From positions 80,476,001 through 80,540,000 of the forward strand of contig NC_082716.1 in the NCBI RefSeq assembly GCF_030144855.1: a stretch of DNA of 64,000 bases, read 5' to 3'. This document shows, in pieces, positions 24,801 through 37,844 of this stretch (position 1 is its first letter; each line of letters starts with the position of its first letter). The notes under the pieces were generated by a model. It was given only the letters and a program-made list of their open reading frames with translations, had not been told where the DNA came from and ran no database searches. Origin of the DNA: Hypanus sabinus. Lineage: Eukaryota. Made by a program: the position numbers and the translations under genes.

Positions 24801-27800
24801 GACCAGCCTGTAGCTCCAACACTCTAGCTTTCAGTTTGGATGTATAACAACTCTAAATCTCCACCCAAGGCTACATTCCCCCCACCCCCACAAGGGCAAG
24901 TTCTTCTCGGAACTGGAATTTCTGCTGCACATTCCAGCCATTTTAGGTTGTCATGCCGATGAGACAATGTGGAGTTTTATCTGGTTTCCCTCTGGATCAC
25001 CTCTGCTATTATATGGAGACCTTCGATTTGCATTAGGAAGAATATAACCCCTTTTGTAAATAATTCAGGAATTTCCTTTCCAAGTGTAAATAGGACAATT
25101 CATCAGCATTTCTCTGAATAGTTGTCCTCTTGAATGTGATCCTGCTATTGCGTCAGCCAAGGAACAGCGCCCACCTCTGCATTTGTGCTTCTGCTGTTAG
25201 TGGAACACCCTTCTGTGGATTGAAAATGGACTCTAGTGGTTGATGATTAGGAAGGAGTGTAAACTCTCTCAAATACAATTACTGGTTAAAATGTTTTACA
25301 CCGCAAACAGACTCAAAGCCTCTCTGTGATATGATTGCACCTACGCCATAAGGTGGAGCTTCACAGGACAATGTGGATTATAATGCTTGAGCACGGTATT
25401 TGTTGTCACTATTTACTTTGTCTTTTGGAAAGCCACCTCACACTACTTTGTCCAATGCTATCTCTTCTTGAACTGTTGTAATAAATTCATGGGGTAGAGC
25501 ACAGTAACTAGGTTTGAACAGGAACTTGTTACAGTAATTGACAAATCCTTAAAAGGACTGCAAATGTGACACATACTTCTGCCTTGGGGTATCCACCAGT
25601 GCTTGCATTTTCTCAGCACAATTGTGTAAATCTTGTGCGTCAATAGTGTGAACACAATAAGTGGTTCTTGGTTTAAAGAGCTCACATGTTGCGTCATGCT
25701 CTGAGCCCATAATCTTTTTGACACTCTTGAGAATTTAGAGATGTTCCTTGTCATCCTTACCGTTAACAATTTATGTCATCGACATAACACGGAGAGCTTA
25801 GGGAGCTTTGTAGAACCTGGTCCATAGCTTTCTGCCAGAGTGCAGGTTCAGATGCTACTCCAAATATAAGTCTTGTATTGCAATTTAGCCCTTTGTGAGT
25901 GTTTTTGGTGAAAAACACTTTGGACTCTTCTTCCATCTCAATCTGTAGGTCAGCCTCAGCCAAGCCTACTTTGAAGTGTTTCTCTCCAGAAAGGTTTGCA
26001 AAAATATTCTCTATTCTGGGCAGAAGATATTGATCTAGTTTCAGTACTGGTTGATGGTGACCTTAAAATCACCACAGATTCTGACAGACCTTTGTGCTTG
26101 GCTACTAGGACCACTGTCATCATCATTGCCCATGGGCTCCACTCAACCTTAAAAAGAATTCCTTCAACCTCCTTGTAATCTAGCTCATTGGCTACTTTAT
26201 TACAGGTGGTATAAGGAACCAGATAGGCTTTGTAAAACTTGGGGTGTAGCATTTTCATTTAACACTATTTCACTCTTGATATGTTTGAGCTTTCCAATGC
26301 CATCCTTGAAAGGGGCTGTGGTATCATCCAGTATCATCCTCAATTCACTTTCAGTTGACTCTATTACAGGGGATGTGGCATGCAAATTTTGGATGGATCT
26401 CCAATCAAGCTTAAGTTGCCTTAGCTAACATCGTCCCCACTGGCATGTGGCACTCCTATTTTTACCAATATAGCTTGTTCCTGGTTGTATTTCACTGTTA
26501 CAAATGTCATTATCCCACAAGAGTTATCTTTTCTACAGTATTAAGTTCTCAGTATCTTTCAAATGCTGTTCAATTCCATCTTAATTAATTTGCCATTCAA
26601 TTCTGTTGCAAGCCCTATTGCTTGTTAGTTTTCAAATTGTAAATCTCAAGACTACTCAGTACCATATCACACATCACTAAAAGCATGCAGATTAGTGCTC
26701 ATCTTTATCTCTCCCCTGTACAGTCCATTTTTTTTTCCAGCCTGACATGCTCTTTGTTGTATTTTCTCTAATTTTCACCTTTAAACCTGAATTGGTCTGG
26801 TGTATGCAAGCCCCTGTCACAATAGTAACAAAATTTGTTCAACCAAGTAGGTTTCTATTAAGAGGTTACAATTTTGTTCACACTCACTTTCACTCCTCAC
26901 TACAACTCAATTGCATCTCTAGCTACTGTTTCCACTGACAGAGCGATTTGAACTGCTCTTTTAAGTGTGAATTGCACTTCAGGCAGCAGCCATTTTTGAA
27001 TTGCTTTCTTCTAAGATTCCGCAAACTAAATGATATCTCAGTACATTAAGCCCATCATCGGACTAACAATGTTCATACAATTTTAGTTCTGCTACATACG
27101 CTGAAATGGATTCCCCTTTCCACTTTTGAAATCTAAAGTAGTCTGGCCAACAATGGCTTTGATTCTAAACGTTCCTGCATTATGTTCATGATATCAGCAA
27201 AACTCGTTTTGGCTAGTTGGGTTGGAGCAATCAAACTCCTAAGTAAACTGCATGTTTCCCCACCCATTGCACTCAGTAACACTGGCACTTGCTTTTAATT
27301 GACCATTTCATTTGCTTTAAAATACTGCTCAATTCTTTCAGTATATTTTGCCTACTTATCTGTTGAGCAATTGAATGTGTTTGTGTTTCTGATGTAGCCA
27401 GCCATTTGTTTTGTTTTTTAAATTTATTATTATTTATTATTTTCACCCAGTACTCACTGTTTATGTCTGTTATCTGCCTTATTTCTTAACTGTCTCACTC
27501 CTGTTCCAAATAAACACAAGCTGCACTTTAAGAAACTGGAATGTATCTCTCTTCTTCAGAATAAAGTTGTGCTGCTCTTCACTAGGTAGGTAGTAGTCTT
27601 GGGTTAGTTTTAAAACTGACTCATTGCCACTGGTATGGTTTATAACTCCAGAAACATGGAGACCGGGGAAATACATTTACTTTGTTTTACTTTAATGAAG
27701 CACACATGTATGATGTGGTGATGTAATAAGGTGTGCCATTCACGTATTTCTTATATATAACCCACAATGAAGTGTGTAAACAAAGAATGCTTAAAAACAA

Positions 27801-27846
27801 TACATTTACAGTATAACTCAAATATTACTGAAATATTAAATACACA
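18835..27846 (-). mobile_element. Old Gypsy LTR retrotransposon (outer element of a nest): gag-PR-RT-RH-IN, decayed
   Basis: Diverged direct repeats at 18835-19046 and 27631-27846. PBS-like tggcaatgag next to the right LTR. Minus fragments: gag about 26600-27350, RT (PKFYKA.LVPY, WSPWA, GVASEPALWQKAMDQVL..CYVDD), RH (LTVVCSYD-like), integrase (WPALPWQRIHV, GIPEHLVIDN.AQF), ending RYPTRSRNP at about 23800. Confidence 0.85.
19098..23710 (+). mobile_element. GC-rich Gypsy LTR retrotransposon nested in the 3' UTR of the outer element, opposite orientation, decayed
   Basis: LTRs at 19098-19429 (tgtggtgc..cctgcaaca) and 23377-23710 (cgtggcac..ttgccaca). PBS-like ttagtgttgggagtcggat at 19430, PPT gggggcag before 23377. 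Fragmented gag/PR (HFCIIGLD)/RT/RH/IN with many frameshifts. Confidence 0.85.
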
Positions 27847-28329
27847 ATAAGTGTGCACAAGTCAATAGAGGTTAAGCCACTGTCTAGTCAGAATCATCAC
27901 AGAACTGCTTTATAAACTAGTGCAGCCAAATAGTAATAGGAGAGATGATTAAATGAGCCAAATAGGGGAGAGAGAGAGAAAGTAAATGACCATTTGCAGT
28001 CTTCTCAAACACCTTCAATGCTGCCAAGAAATGGAAACCAGACAGACAGACAGTATTAAGTTTTTTTTCCCAAATAAGGTATTAAGAGCAGAATATTTAT
28101 TAACAGTTCCCAATGACAGTTGCCTACAGTCACAAAGTGTGTGGTTTGGTTCAGGCATCAAAACAGTTGTACCAGCTTCACAGTGAATTCAAACCCTTAA
28201 ACAGTAATGTCTCAGCGCATGTTAAGTTTAACAAATCTAAGTTGCTTAAGCCACTGATAAAAATGCACTGAAAAATTACTGGTTTATTTCCTTTTGCGAA
28301 GAGACACCAGAGCAAAACACACCAGCAGA

Positions 28330-28960
28330 GGATTGTTCTCAGCCACACCAGTCTTCGTTGTTCATCAAGTATCACTAGCCCACTTCTCTATTCTCTCTAC
28401 ATTCATGACAGCGTGGCTAAGCACAGCTCAGACACCATCTATAAATTTGCTGATAACGCCACAGTAGAATCTCAGATGGTGATGAGGTGTATAGGAGTAA
28501 GATAGATCAGTTAGTTGAACAACCTTGCACTCAAGATTGGCAACATTAAGGAATTGATCATGGACATCCCCAAAATGAAAGTCAGGAGAACACATACCAG
28601 TCATCATTGAGGGATCAGTAGTGGAAAGGGTGAATAGCATCATGTTTGTAGGTGTCAACATCTAAGGAACTGTCCTCAGCCGAACACATTGATGCAGTCA
28701 GGAAGGTGTCACACCAGTGGCCCGACTTCATTAGGAGTTTGAAGTGATTTTGTACGTCAAAAGCTCTTGCAAATTTCAATAGATGTATGATTGAGAGCAT
28801 TCTGACTGCCTACATTGCCATCTGGCAGTGTGCTTGATCACAAAAGGATGCAGAGGGGTGCAGCCAGTTCCATCCCAGGCACAGCCCTCCCTGCCCTTCC
28901 CTCATTGCAACCATTGGAGGAGGTGGTACAGGAACCTGCAGATCGATACCCAGATTATTA
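28330..28960 (+). mobile_element. Rex1/Babar-type (L2/CR1 superfamily) LINE RT fragment
   Basis: ctctattctctctacattcatgac..tataaatttgctgataacgccac (YKFAD motif), gatcagtagtggaaagggtg, tgagagcattctgactg. Confidence 0.65.
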
Positions 28961-29025
28961 AGAAGCAGCTTCTTCTCTTCCACCATCAGGTGTCCAAATG
29001 CTCCATGAACATTACTTTTGTACTA

Positions 29026-29492
29026 CGAGGGAGATTAATATGCTCATGGCCTAAGATAGAAGGAGACAATTTTAGAAAACCTAGCACATTTATTTTTCAA
29101 CATAGTCCCCTCCTACATTTACACACTTAGTCCAGCGGTCATGGAACATACGGATCTTGGACCTCCAGAAAGTGTCCACATCATGGATGATTGATAAGTT
29201 TGTGGCCTAAAATAGAAGGAGACGAGTTATACAGCTCTCGTTACATGAACATGCAGGTTAACTCTTTGAATGATTATGCAGAAAGTTTGAAGTTAATCTC
29301 TCCTTCTACCCAAGGCCACAAACTTATCAATCACCCCACCTGTGGGCACTTTCTGGAGGTCCAAGATCCATATGCTCCACAACCGCTGGGCTAAGTGTGT
29401 GAATGCAGAAGGGGACTATGTTGAAAAATGTGCTAGGTTTTCTAAAATTGGCTCCTTCTACCTTAGGCTATGAACATATCAATCACCCCTCG
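29026..29492. mobile_element. 467-bp foldback Tc1/mariner-type MITE with TA target duplication
   Basis: TA|CGAGGG.. and ..CCCCTCG|TA ends. Arms about 29026-29225 and about 29295-29492 are imperfect reverse complements, each with two copies of a roughly 35-bp motif. Confidence 0.8.
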
Positions 29493-31591
29493 TACTTTGT
29501 AATTTATAATAGCTTACGTCTCTGTCCTATGCTGCTGCCACAAAACAAATTTCATGACATTAAAGTCAGTGAAAATAAACCACCGATTCTGACTCATTAC
29601 CACTAGTTCACCTTCTGCAATATCAGAAAGGGCTATTCCAGCAGTGGCACTTTCTGTGCACGAGCTGCCCAATGCATTCAGCACATGCTGTGCAGGCATT
29701 CATGCTCCCCAAGAGCTCACAAAAATTCCATAATCAACTTTGAGCAGTTTAGTTTTTAAATGAATGTTGTACTGCTGGAATATCAAGCCTGAAGCTTGCA
29801 CAGATGTGTTTGACAGTGAAGTGAGTTGCAATATTTCACTGTTCCGGAGTCTTAAGTTGCCATTTTTATGGTTTAAAAATGCTGGCACTTTCCATCCGAG
29901 AAACTACTTTACCATTGTGCTCCAAACTTCATTTATTGCTGTGTGTATTGATGGGCCTCAAAATTAGTTAAATAGTATAGAAAATTTGGCAAAGACAAAG
30001 GCTTGCAACTTGCTTTAACATGCTCTCTAAAATCTCCAACTAAACCCAGCAAAGCAATAAGCATTTTTGGAGATAAGTATGGATGAAGAACAGAAGCTTT
30101 TCCCTGCACCCTGCATCTTTTATTCCCCCCCCTGTGTATCACATCTCATTCACAATACCTTGCATCACCACACAGGAGCAATTTAAAATTATCAAACACT
30201 TCAGTAAATATGTATTTTCCTTATTCATGTCCTAGTGGCTCAGACAATATGCCAAGGCAGATACCTTCTTACATGATGGTAAATGGAATCAGGATGGATG
30301 GGTAAATTATAATTAACAGGAACAAGGGCTCATTTCTGTGCTGCTTAACTATGAGAAGCAATTTGTGAACCACATGGTTATGTTTTTAACTATTTGAAGC
30401 TTTAGGCAAATAGTGGTGGTATTATGAAAGAATAAGGTAGCACAAGGACTGAGGACTTGGTGTCACGTAAGCAGTGTTAGTGCAGCGCAAGCCAAATCAG
30501 ACATCTTATTCCAACGCAGGATTTAAAAAGAAAGGAGTTGGGGTCAGTGGGATGCACCTGAAAATAACACAAGTAAACATCCCGATTCAAGGAGAGCAAG
30601 AGATATTCATAAACATTCCAATAGGACTGTACGAAGCAGAATCTGGTTGCAGCACTGAAGACAAAGTCTGCAGAGCACTGACTTGCAAAACAAAGCAATT
30701 TGATCTAAAGGGGCAAAGCTTGAAGGATGCAGGTCGAGTTGGGCTGAATCCTCAAATCTTCACTCCAGAAAGAAATCAATTTATTACAATGAAGCAACAA
30801 ATCTACCTTTTGATTTACTAATTTAATTTTAAGTAATGGATTAACAGATGCACTTCTCAATTCAGGGAAGATCACAAATCATACAAACAGAATAAACAAC
30901 TTGGACTGGACTTGAAGCCTGTTGTCAAATGTCCAACATTAAGACAACCTTAAATGGTGCAACGCATTTCTCTTTAGTTGTGCCAATTGATGCATGCACA
31001 AGTCCCACTGGAACCTTTACATCTAGGTCACTTAGTCACCATCAACTCTGACAACAGTTGAGAAAGCTTTGTTATTAGACGTCTGTTTACCAGATGGTAA
31101 ATGAAAAATAACTACCACCAGCACATTGGCTTTTGCTCAAAATTCCTAATGGCTTACTCATGTCAAGTGGGATTGCAATCATATTAAATTATCCATTTTG
31201 AAAAGATACATTTTTAAAGCCAAAACAAATCTCTCTGGCATATTCATGCTAGAACTCATTACTTTCAAAGCAGGAGAGAACTCAAGACTGATCTGTAGAC
31301 TCTTCTTGCTCCTGATGAATTTTATGGATTTAAACAAAATGTTAAACTGCAAGTGGTACAAAAATGTGACAACAGACTCTGCACCTTAATGAAACAAGCA
31401 CATACCACACCTCAAAATGTTTTAAAGATAGATTAGTGCTGCAGTTAGAGACACTGCAAAGAGAAAGCCTGAAGTTCTCTTTAAGTATAATTTAAGAATT
31501 TTTTTGTGAATACTGCTTATATGATGCTATGTGCCTGTGATATTGCTGTAAGCCTTTTATTGCACCTGTGCCAACATGTGAGAAAACTTAT

Positions 31592-33215
31592 TAGTGGCAT
31601 GCAAAAGTTTGGGCACCCCGGGCAAAATTTCTGTTACTGTGAATAGCTAAGCAAGTAAAATATGACCTGATTTCCAAAAGGCATAGAGTTAAAGATGACA
31701 CATTTCTTTAATATTTTAAGATTACTTTTTTATTTCCATCTTTTACAGTTTCAAGATAATTAAAAAAAGAGCCTGAAGCAAAAGTTTGGGCACCCTGCAT
31801 GGTCAGTACTTAGTAACACTGCCTTTGGAAAGTATCACAGCTTGTAAATGCTTCTTGTAGCCAGCTAAGAGTCTTTCAATTCTTGTTTGGGGGATTTTTG
31901 CCCATTCTTCCTTGCAAAAGGCTTCTAGTTCTGTGAGATTCTTGGGCTATCTTGCATGCACTGCTCTTTTGAGGTCTATCCACAGATTTTCGATGATGTT
32001 TAGGTCAGGGGACTGCAAGGGCCATGGCAAAATCTTCAGCTTGCACCTCTTGAGGTAGTCCATTGTGGATTGAGGTGTGTTTAGGATTATTACCCTGTTG
32101 TAGAAGCCATCTTCTTTTCATCTTCAACTTTTTAAAAAATTTTTTTAAATAGATGGTGTGATGTTTGCTTCCAGAATTTGGTGGTATTTAATTGAATTCA
32201 TTCTTCCCACTACCAGTGAAACTTTCCCCATGTCACTGGCTGCATGCACAAGCCCAAAACATGATCGATCCACCCCCATGCTTAACAATTGGAGAGGTGT
32301 CCTTTTCATGAAATTCTGCACCCTTTTTTCTCCAAACATGCCTTTGCTCATTGCCGCCAAAAAGTTCTATTTTAACTTCATCAGTCCACAGGACTTGTTT
32401 ACAAAATGCATCAGGCTTGTTTAGATGTTCCTTTGCAAACTTCTGACACTGAATTTTGTGGTGAGGACACAGGAAAGGTTTTCTTCTGGTGACTTTTCTA
32501 CGAAGGTCATACTTGTGCAGATGTCACTGCACAGTAGAACAATGCACCACCACTCCAGAGTCTGCTAAATCTTCCTGAAGGTCCTTTGCAGTCAAACAGA
32601 GGTTTTGATTTGCCTTTCTAGCAATCCACAAGCAGTTCTCTCGGAAGGTTTTCTTGGTCTTCCAGACCTCAACTTGACCTCCACCATTTCTGTTAACTGC
32701 CATTTCTTAATTACATTATGAACTGAGGAAATGGCTACCTGAAAACAGTTTGCTATCTTCTTATAGCCTTCTCCTGCTTTGTGGACATCATTTATTTTAA
32801 TTTTCAGAGTGCTAGGCAGCTGCTTAGAGGTGCCCATGGCTGCTGATTGCTGGGACAAGGTTTAAGGAGTCAGGGAATTTATAAAGCTTTGAAATTTGCA
32901 TCACCTGGGCTTTCCTAACCATGACTGTGAACAAGCCATAGCCCTAACAAGCTAATTAAGTTCTGAGACTTTGGTAAAAGTTATCTGAGAGCTCAAATCT
33001 CTTGGGGTGCCCAAACTTTTGCATGGTGCTCCTCTCCTCCCCCCTCACTCAAAAATTGCACAAAACAAAAATACACTAATCTTGCTTAAAATGTTGAAAA
33101 GAATGTTTCATCTTTAACTTTATGACTTTTGGAGATCAGCTCATCTTCTACGCACTTAACTATTCAAAGTAACAGAAATTTTGACCAGGGGTGCCCAAAC
33201 TTTTGCATGCCACTG
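31592..33215 (-). mobile_element. Full-length (about 1.62 kb) Tc1-family DNA transposon with IR/DR ends, transposase disrupted
   Basis: TIR (c)agtggcatgcaaaagtttgggcacccc / ggggtgcccaaacttttgcatgccactg followed by TA. Inner DR copies at about 31780 and 33005. Transposase from ATG 32837 (MGTSKQL..GEGYKKIA..RSGRPRK) with the VKHGGG-type region; stops and frameshifts. Confidence 0.9.
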
Positions 33216-33759
33216 TAAGTTAAAGGCCAACACTGAAAGACCGTGCATGGATTGAGGGCCACCAGGGAGAGCTTTATTGGCAGAATCGTGGCAATTGCTA
33301 TAGACCTCAAGTTAAGACTAGACTGAAGATTTTGCTGATTCCAAAATGCAAATTTCCTATATACTGCAGAGACTGAGGACCGGAATCAGCCAACAAATTT
33401 TCAGTGAGCATCATAAGAATTCAAGTTCTATTTAAGTCCTTGGATCAAGAGCAAATGAAAGTTTGGACCCAAAACTGGAATGATTTTAAAGATCATGTAT
33501 TTCACCATGTACCATTTTATAAATTCTGTGGAACAACACAGGAGACGGTTCAGGTGCTCTGAGTTCTGTTGTGCTCCTTCTCTGTCTTCTGGGCTCTCAT
33601 CTCTGTAAAATAAGAATAAATTAAGCTATCTGCTCACTTACCTTCTGGACTTACAGTTTCTGTCCTCAAGAAACTACGACTCTTGACTATCTGAAAAGCT
33701 GAGGTTTATGCACTAGAAATTATCCTTGTAGTCCATGTAAATCATTTCCAAATGTGCCA

Positions 33760-35770
33760 GGAGGACCAAAAGACTGCTGCACCAGTGGTGAGGACCAAGG
33801 AGATATGGTCAGGGGAGGTGAAGGAGTGCTTACAGGACTGCTTCGAGTTGGTGGACTGGTTAATATTCAGGGATTCATCTTCAAGTCTAGGTGAATACAT
33901 ACAGTTGTCATAGATTTTATCAAGACGTTTGGATAAGTGTGTGCACCTTCGAGAACATACCAGACATACCCAAACAAAAAACCATGGATGAACTGGGGGA
34001 GTTGTAGTCTGCTGAGGACTAGATCTGTGTATTCAAGACCAGTGATCCAGAACTTTCCAAGTCCAGGTATGACCTACAAAAAGGTATTTTAAGATTGAGA
34101 AAACAATTCCGATTGAGGTTAGAGGCAGAATTGGATGCACACCAGCTCTGGCTGAGTTTGTATGTGATTACTTCCTTTGAAATGAAACCTAACATCATGA
34201 ATGGCTGTGATGGCTCACTCACAGATGAGCTCAACACCTTTTATGCATGCTTCGAAAGGGAGAATAAAACTACACCTGTGTGAATCCCTGCAGGACCTGG
34301 TGACCCTGTGACCTCTGTCTATTAGACTGACATCAGAACATTTTTCAAGAGGGTCAGGCCATGATGGTGAAGCTGCTAGGGCCTCAAATCTGTACCAACC
34401 AATTGGTGGGAGTGTCCAATGACATCTTCAGACTCTCACCACTGCAGTCGTACGTTCTCACCTGCTTCAAAAAGGCAATCATACCAGTGCCCAAAAAAAA
34501 GCAGGGTGAGTTGCCTCAATGACCATCATCCAGGTGCACTCAAATCTACTGTGATGAAGTTCTTTAAGTGGTTGGTCATGTCTAGAATTAACTCCTGTCT
34601 AAGCAAGGTCCTGGACCTACTACAATTTGCCAGTCACCACAATGGGGCTACAGCAGATGCAATCTCATAGGCTCTCCATTTGGCCTTAGATCAGCTGGAC
34701 AATAGTAATATCTATGTCAATGCAACGTTCAACATAATTATACCCTCAGTTCTAAACAAACTCCAAAACTTGGGCCACTATACCTCCCTTCTGTAACTGG
34801 ATCTTTTATTTCCTCACTGCGACACTACAGTCTTTGTGGATGGGAAATAACAGCTCCTCTGCAGCGTACCTCAAGGATGCATGTTTAGTCTTCCCACTGC
34901 TACTCTCTCTACACACTTTACTTGGTGGCTAGACGCAGCTCATAGATTTGCGAATGACACAATTATAGTTGGCAGAATTTCAGATGGTGATGAGGAAGCA
35001 TACAGGAGCAAGATAGATCAGTAGTTGAGTGGTGTCGCAGCAACAACCTTTCACTCAGCATCGGTAAGACCAAGGAATTGATTGGGGACTTCAAGAATGG
35101 GAAGTTGAGGGAAAACACACCAATCCTCTCATCAAGGGATCAGCAGTGGAAAGGGCGAAAGCTTCAAGTTCCTGGGTGTCAGCATCTGAGGATCAATCCC
35201 AGGTCCAACATATTGAAGCAATGACAAAGCAGGCATGACAGTGGCTATATTTCCATCAAGAGTTTGAGGAGAATTGGGATGTCCCCAAAGCCACTTGCAA
35301 GTTGCTACAGCTGTACCATGGAGACCATTCTTACTTTTTGCATCACCGTCTGGTACGGAGGGGTCCTTGCAGAGGATTAGAAGAGCTGCAATATTGTAAA
35401 CTCAGTAATTCAGTCAGCTCCATCATGGGCACCAGCCTCCCCAGCGTCCAGGACATCTTCAAAAGGTGGCGCCTCAAGGTGGCGACATCCATCATTAAGG
35501 AACCCCATCATGCAGGCCACACCCTCTTCTCATTGCTACCATCAAGGTGGTGGTACAGCTGCTTGAATACACACACTCAACTTTTCAGGAGCAGCTTCTT
35601 CCCCTCTGCCATTAGATTTCTGAATGGTCAATGAACCCATGAATACTACCCCAGTATTCTCCCCTTTCTTTCTGCAATTAGTTTTTATTATTATGAATTA
35701 CAATGTACTGCTGCCGCAAAACAACAAATTCAGAACGCATACCAATGATATTAAACGATTCTCATTCTAA
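33760..35770 (+). mobile_element. Rex1/Babar-type LINE, 5'-truncated and decayed RT
   Basis: LQDCFE..DW, DELNTFYACFE, PVALKSTVMKFFKWLVM, DLLQFA, FANDT, HTLFSLLPS..RSSFFPSAIRFLN, followed by a 3' tail. Confidence 0.75.
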
Positions 35771-35898
35771 AGTAGTTGAAGTAGAACACCACCTCCTCAC
35801 CCACCCCCCCCCCCCTTTATTCTGGCTTCTGCCCCTCTCCTTCTTAGTCCTGATAAAGAATTTCAATCTGAAATATCAACCATTTATTCCATTGCATA

Positions 35899-37505
35899 GA
35901 TTCAGATTCAGTTTGTCAATTGGAAACCACAAATGCAATGCAGTTAAAAAATGAGACAATGTTCCTCCAGAATGATATCATAAAAGCACGTGACAAAACA
36001 GACTACACTAGAAAATCCACATAACGTTTGGCAATCCCCAATCCAGAGTCCAGAGAGGTTGCTGAGTATTAACATCGCGCTCTGTCTTAGTGCATTCCCC
36101 AGAAAGGAGCCCCAAATCCACTAGACCGGGGGTCGGCAACCTGCGGCTCCCGAGCCATTTGTGGCTCTTTCACCTCTGTGCTGCGGCTCCCTGTGGCTTT
36201 GGGAAATAATTGGTCAGTATTTAATTAAAATGTATTTTATGTTAGTTTGTTAGCTTTTGAAATGTAATTCTAAATTTGAAGATTATGGTGATCTTGTACG
36301 ATCTAAGTGTGGCGACACATTTCCTCACAATTAGCCAGCATTCCGGCTAAGGGAGATAGCCTACGGGGGTTTGTGAGTACGCGTCTTTTGCAGCATCTGC
36401 GTCCATGGGGGCTGGGTTGAGGGAGGCTTAAAAGCAAGGCTGTTTAGTTCGAATAAAGTTACCTTTGACTGCAGTCTTTATTTTAGCGCTGCGTGTAGCG
36501 CTACACCGCTACAACGTGTTTTTTATCGCTATTAATATACATCACCACTGCCAATGCCTGACACCCGCCAGTGCGCGCTTTCTTTTAATTCTTCGATCCA
36601 AGGTAGGCTAACTATGGAGCAACCTTCAACCCAACGTCTTTTTTTCGGAGTTCAAAATGTTTTTGTTGCATGCAGAAATGTAATTTCGTTTTCTCTGCAG
36701 GAGTTCATCAATTTCAAAAATGCAACACATTATAGTTTGTTTATACATAGCATAAAGGCAAAAAAAACCCGTTGTATGCAGTGTTATTTCATTTTGTGGC
36801 TCCCAGTGTTTTCTTTTCTGTGGGAAATGGGTCCATATTGGCTCTTTTAGTGGTAAACGTTGCCGACCCCTGCACTAGACAAACAAGACCAAAAACTAAA
36901 GCTACAAGACCTGCACAAAACCACATAGTTACAACATATAGTTACAACAGTGCAAACAATAGCATAATTGATTTAAAAAAAAACAGACCATGGGCACAGT
37001 AAAAATAATCCAAAGATGTTAAAGGACTATAAGTTCAAAAGAAATCACCACACAGCTTCCACAAGTCCCCAGGGTCCCCGACAGACTCGCCATCCCACGC
37101 TGGTGGCAGAAGGGAATACCCCCGCTATGGACTTCCACTGCGCCGCCCGACTCAGCCTCGCAGACGCAGCACACACTGAAAGCAACCTGACCGCAGCGGA
37201 CTCCGAGTCCGTCCAACCTCCAAGCCGACAACCATCCCCTCCAGCACAGCTTCTCCAAGCACCATCCACTGCCGAGCGTATTAAGATGGCCCTGCCAACG
37301 GCCATCGGCAATGCAACCCCGAGGACTGGGGGCCTGTTCTTCCCAGCAGAGTCCCGGACCTCACAGCAGCAGCAGCAATTAAGAAGGTCTTCCTGGAGAT
37401 TTCCCAATGTTCTTCCATGATTGTACATGGCACCCCACTTTACAAATAACAGATAATCAGCTCCAGAGTGGGTGCTGCAAGCTGCATTGCACCGCTATCT
37501 TGGAA
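35899..37505 (-). mobile_element. Non-autonomous retroposon (GC-rich head, LINE-like (tgaatc)n tail), interrupted by a hAT MITE
   Basis: On minus it begins ttccaagatagcggtgc and ends gacaaactgaatctgaatc. The sequence is continuous across the hAT TSD. Confidence 0.55.
36127..36872. mobile_element. 746-bp non-autonomous hAT (Charlie-type) element with 8-bp TSD CACTAGAC
   Basis: TIRs CGGGGGTCGGCAAC / GTTGCCGACCCCTG. CACTAGAC at 36119-36126 and 36873-36880. Subterminal cggctc/gagcc repeats. Confidence 0.9.
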
Positions 37506-37844
37506 ATACGAGCTATCTCCTCCAAGAGAACCACAATCTCATTGTGGTTTGGAGGCTTGCGTGCCTCAATGACTTGGAGAGCTATGTTGGTTGGAGCCAG
37601 AGCCTTGTGCTTTAGCTCCTGGTAGGGTCAAACACCTCAAAGGGTTAAGGCCAAACTATGTCGTCCACTAGTTCTCCAGGTTCAGGGATTCTGACTCATT
37701 TTTATGTATGGCTCAAGATTTCCAGCATCTGCAGAATCTTGTGTTTATATTGAGAGCAGAGGTTGTTCAAGGGACAAGGTGACCTAATGCATCATTACAA
37801 GTTTAATTACATTCTGTTTAAAGAGAGCTCATCTTCTCATCCTA

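Noticed and set aside
37016-37428. Overlapping 127-134 aa ORFs on both strands
   Set aside because: They lie in the GC-rich body of a retroposon and have low-complexity translations.
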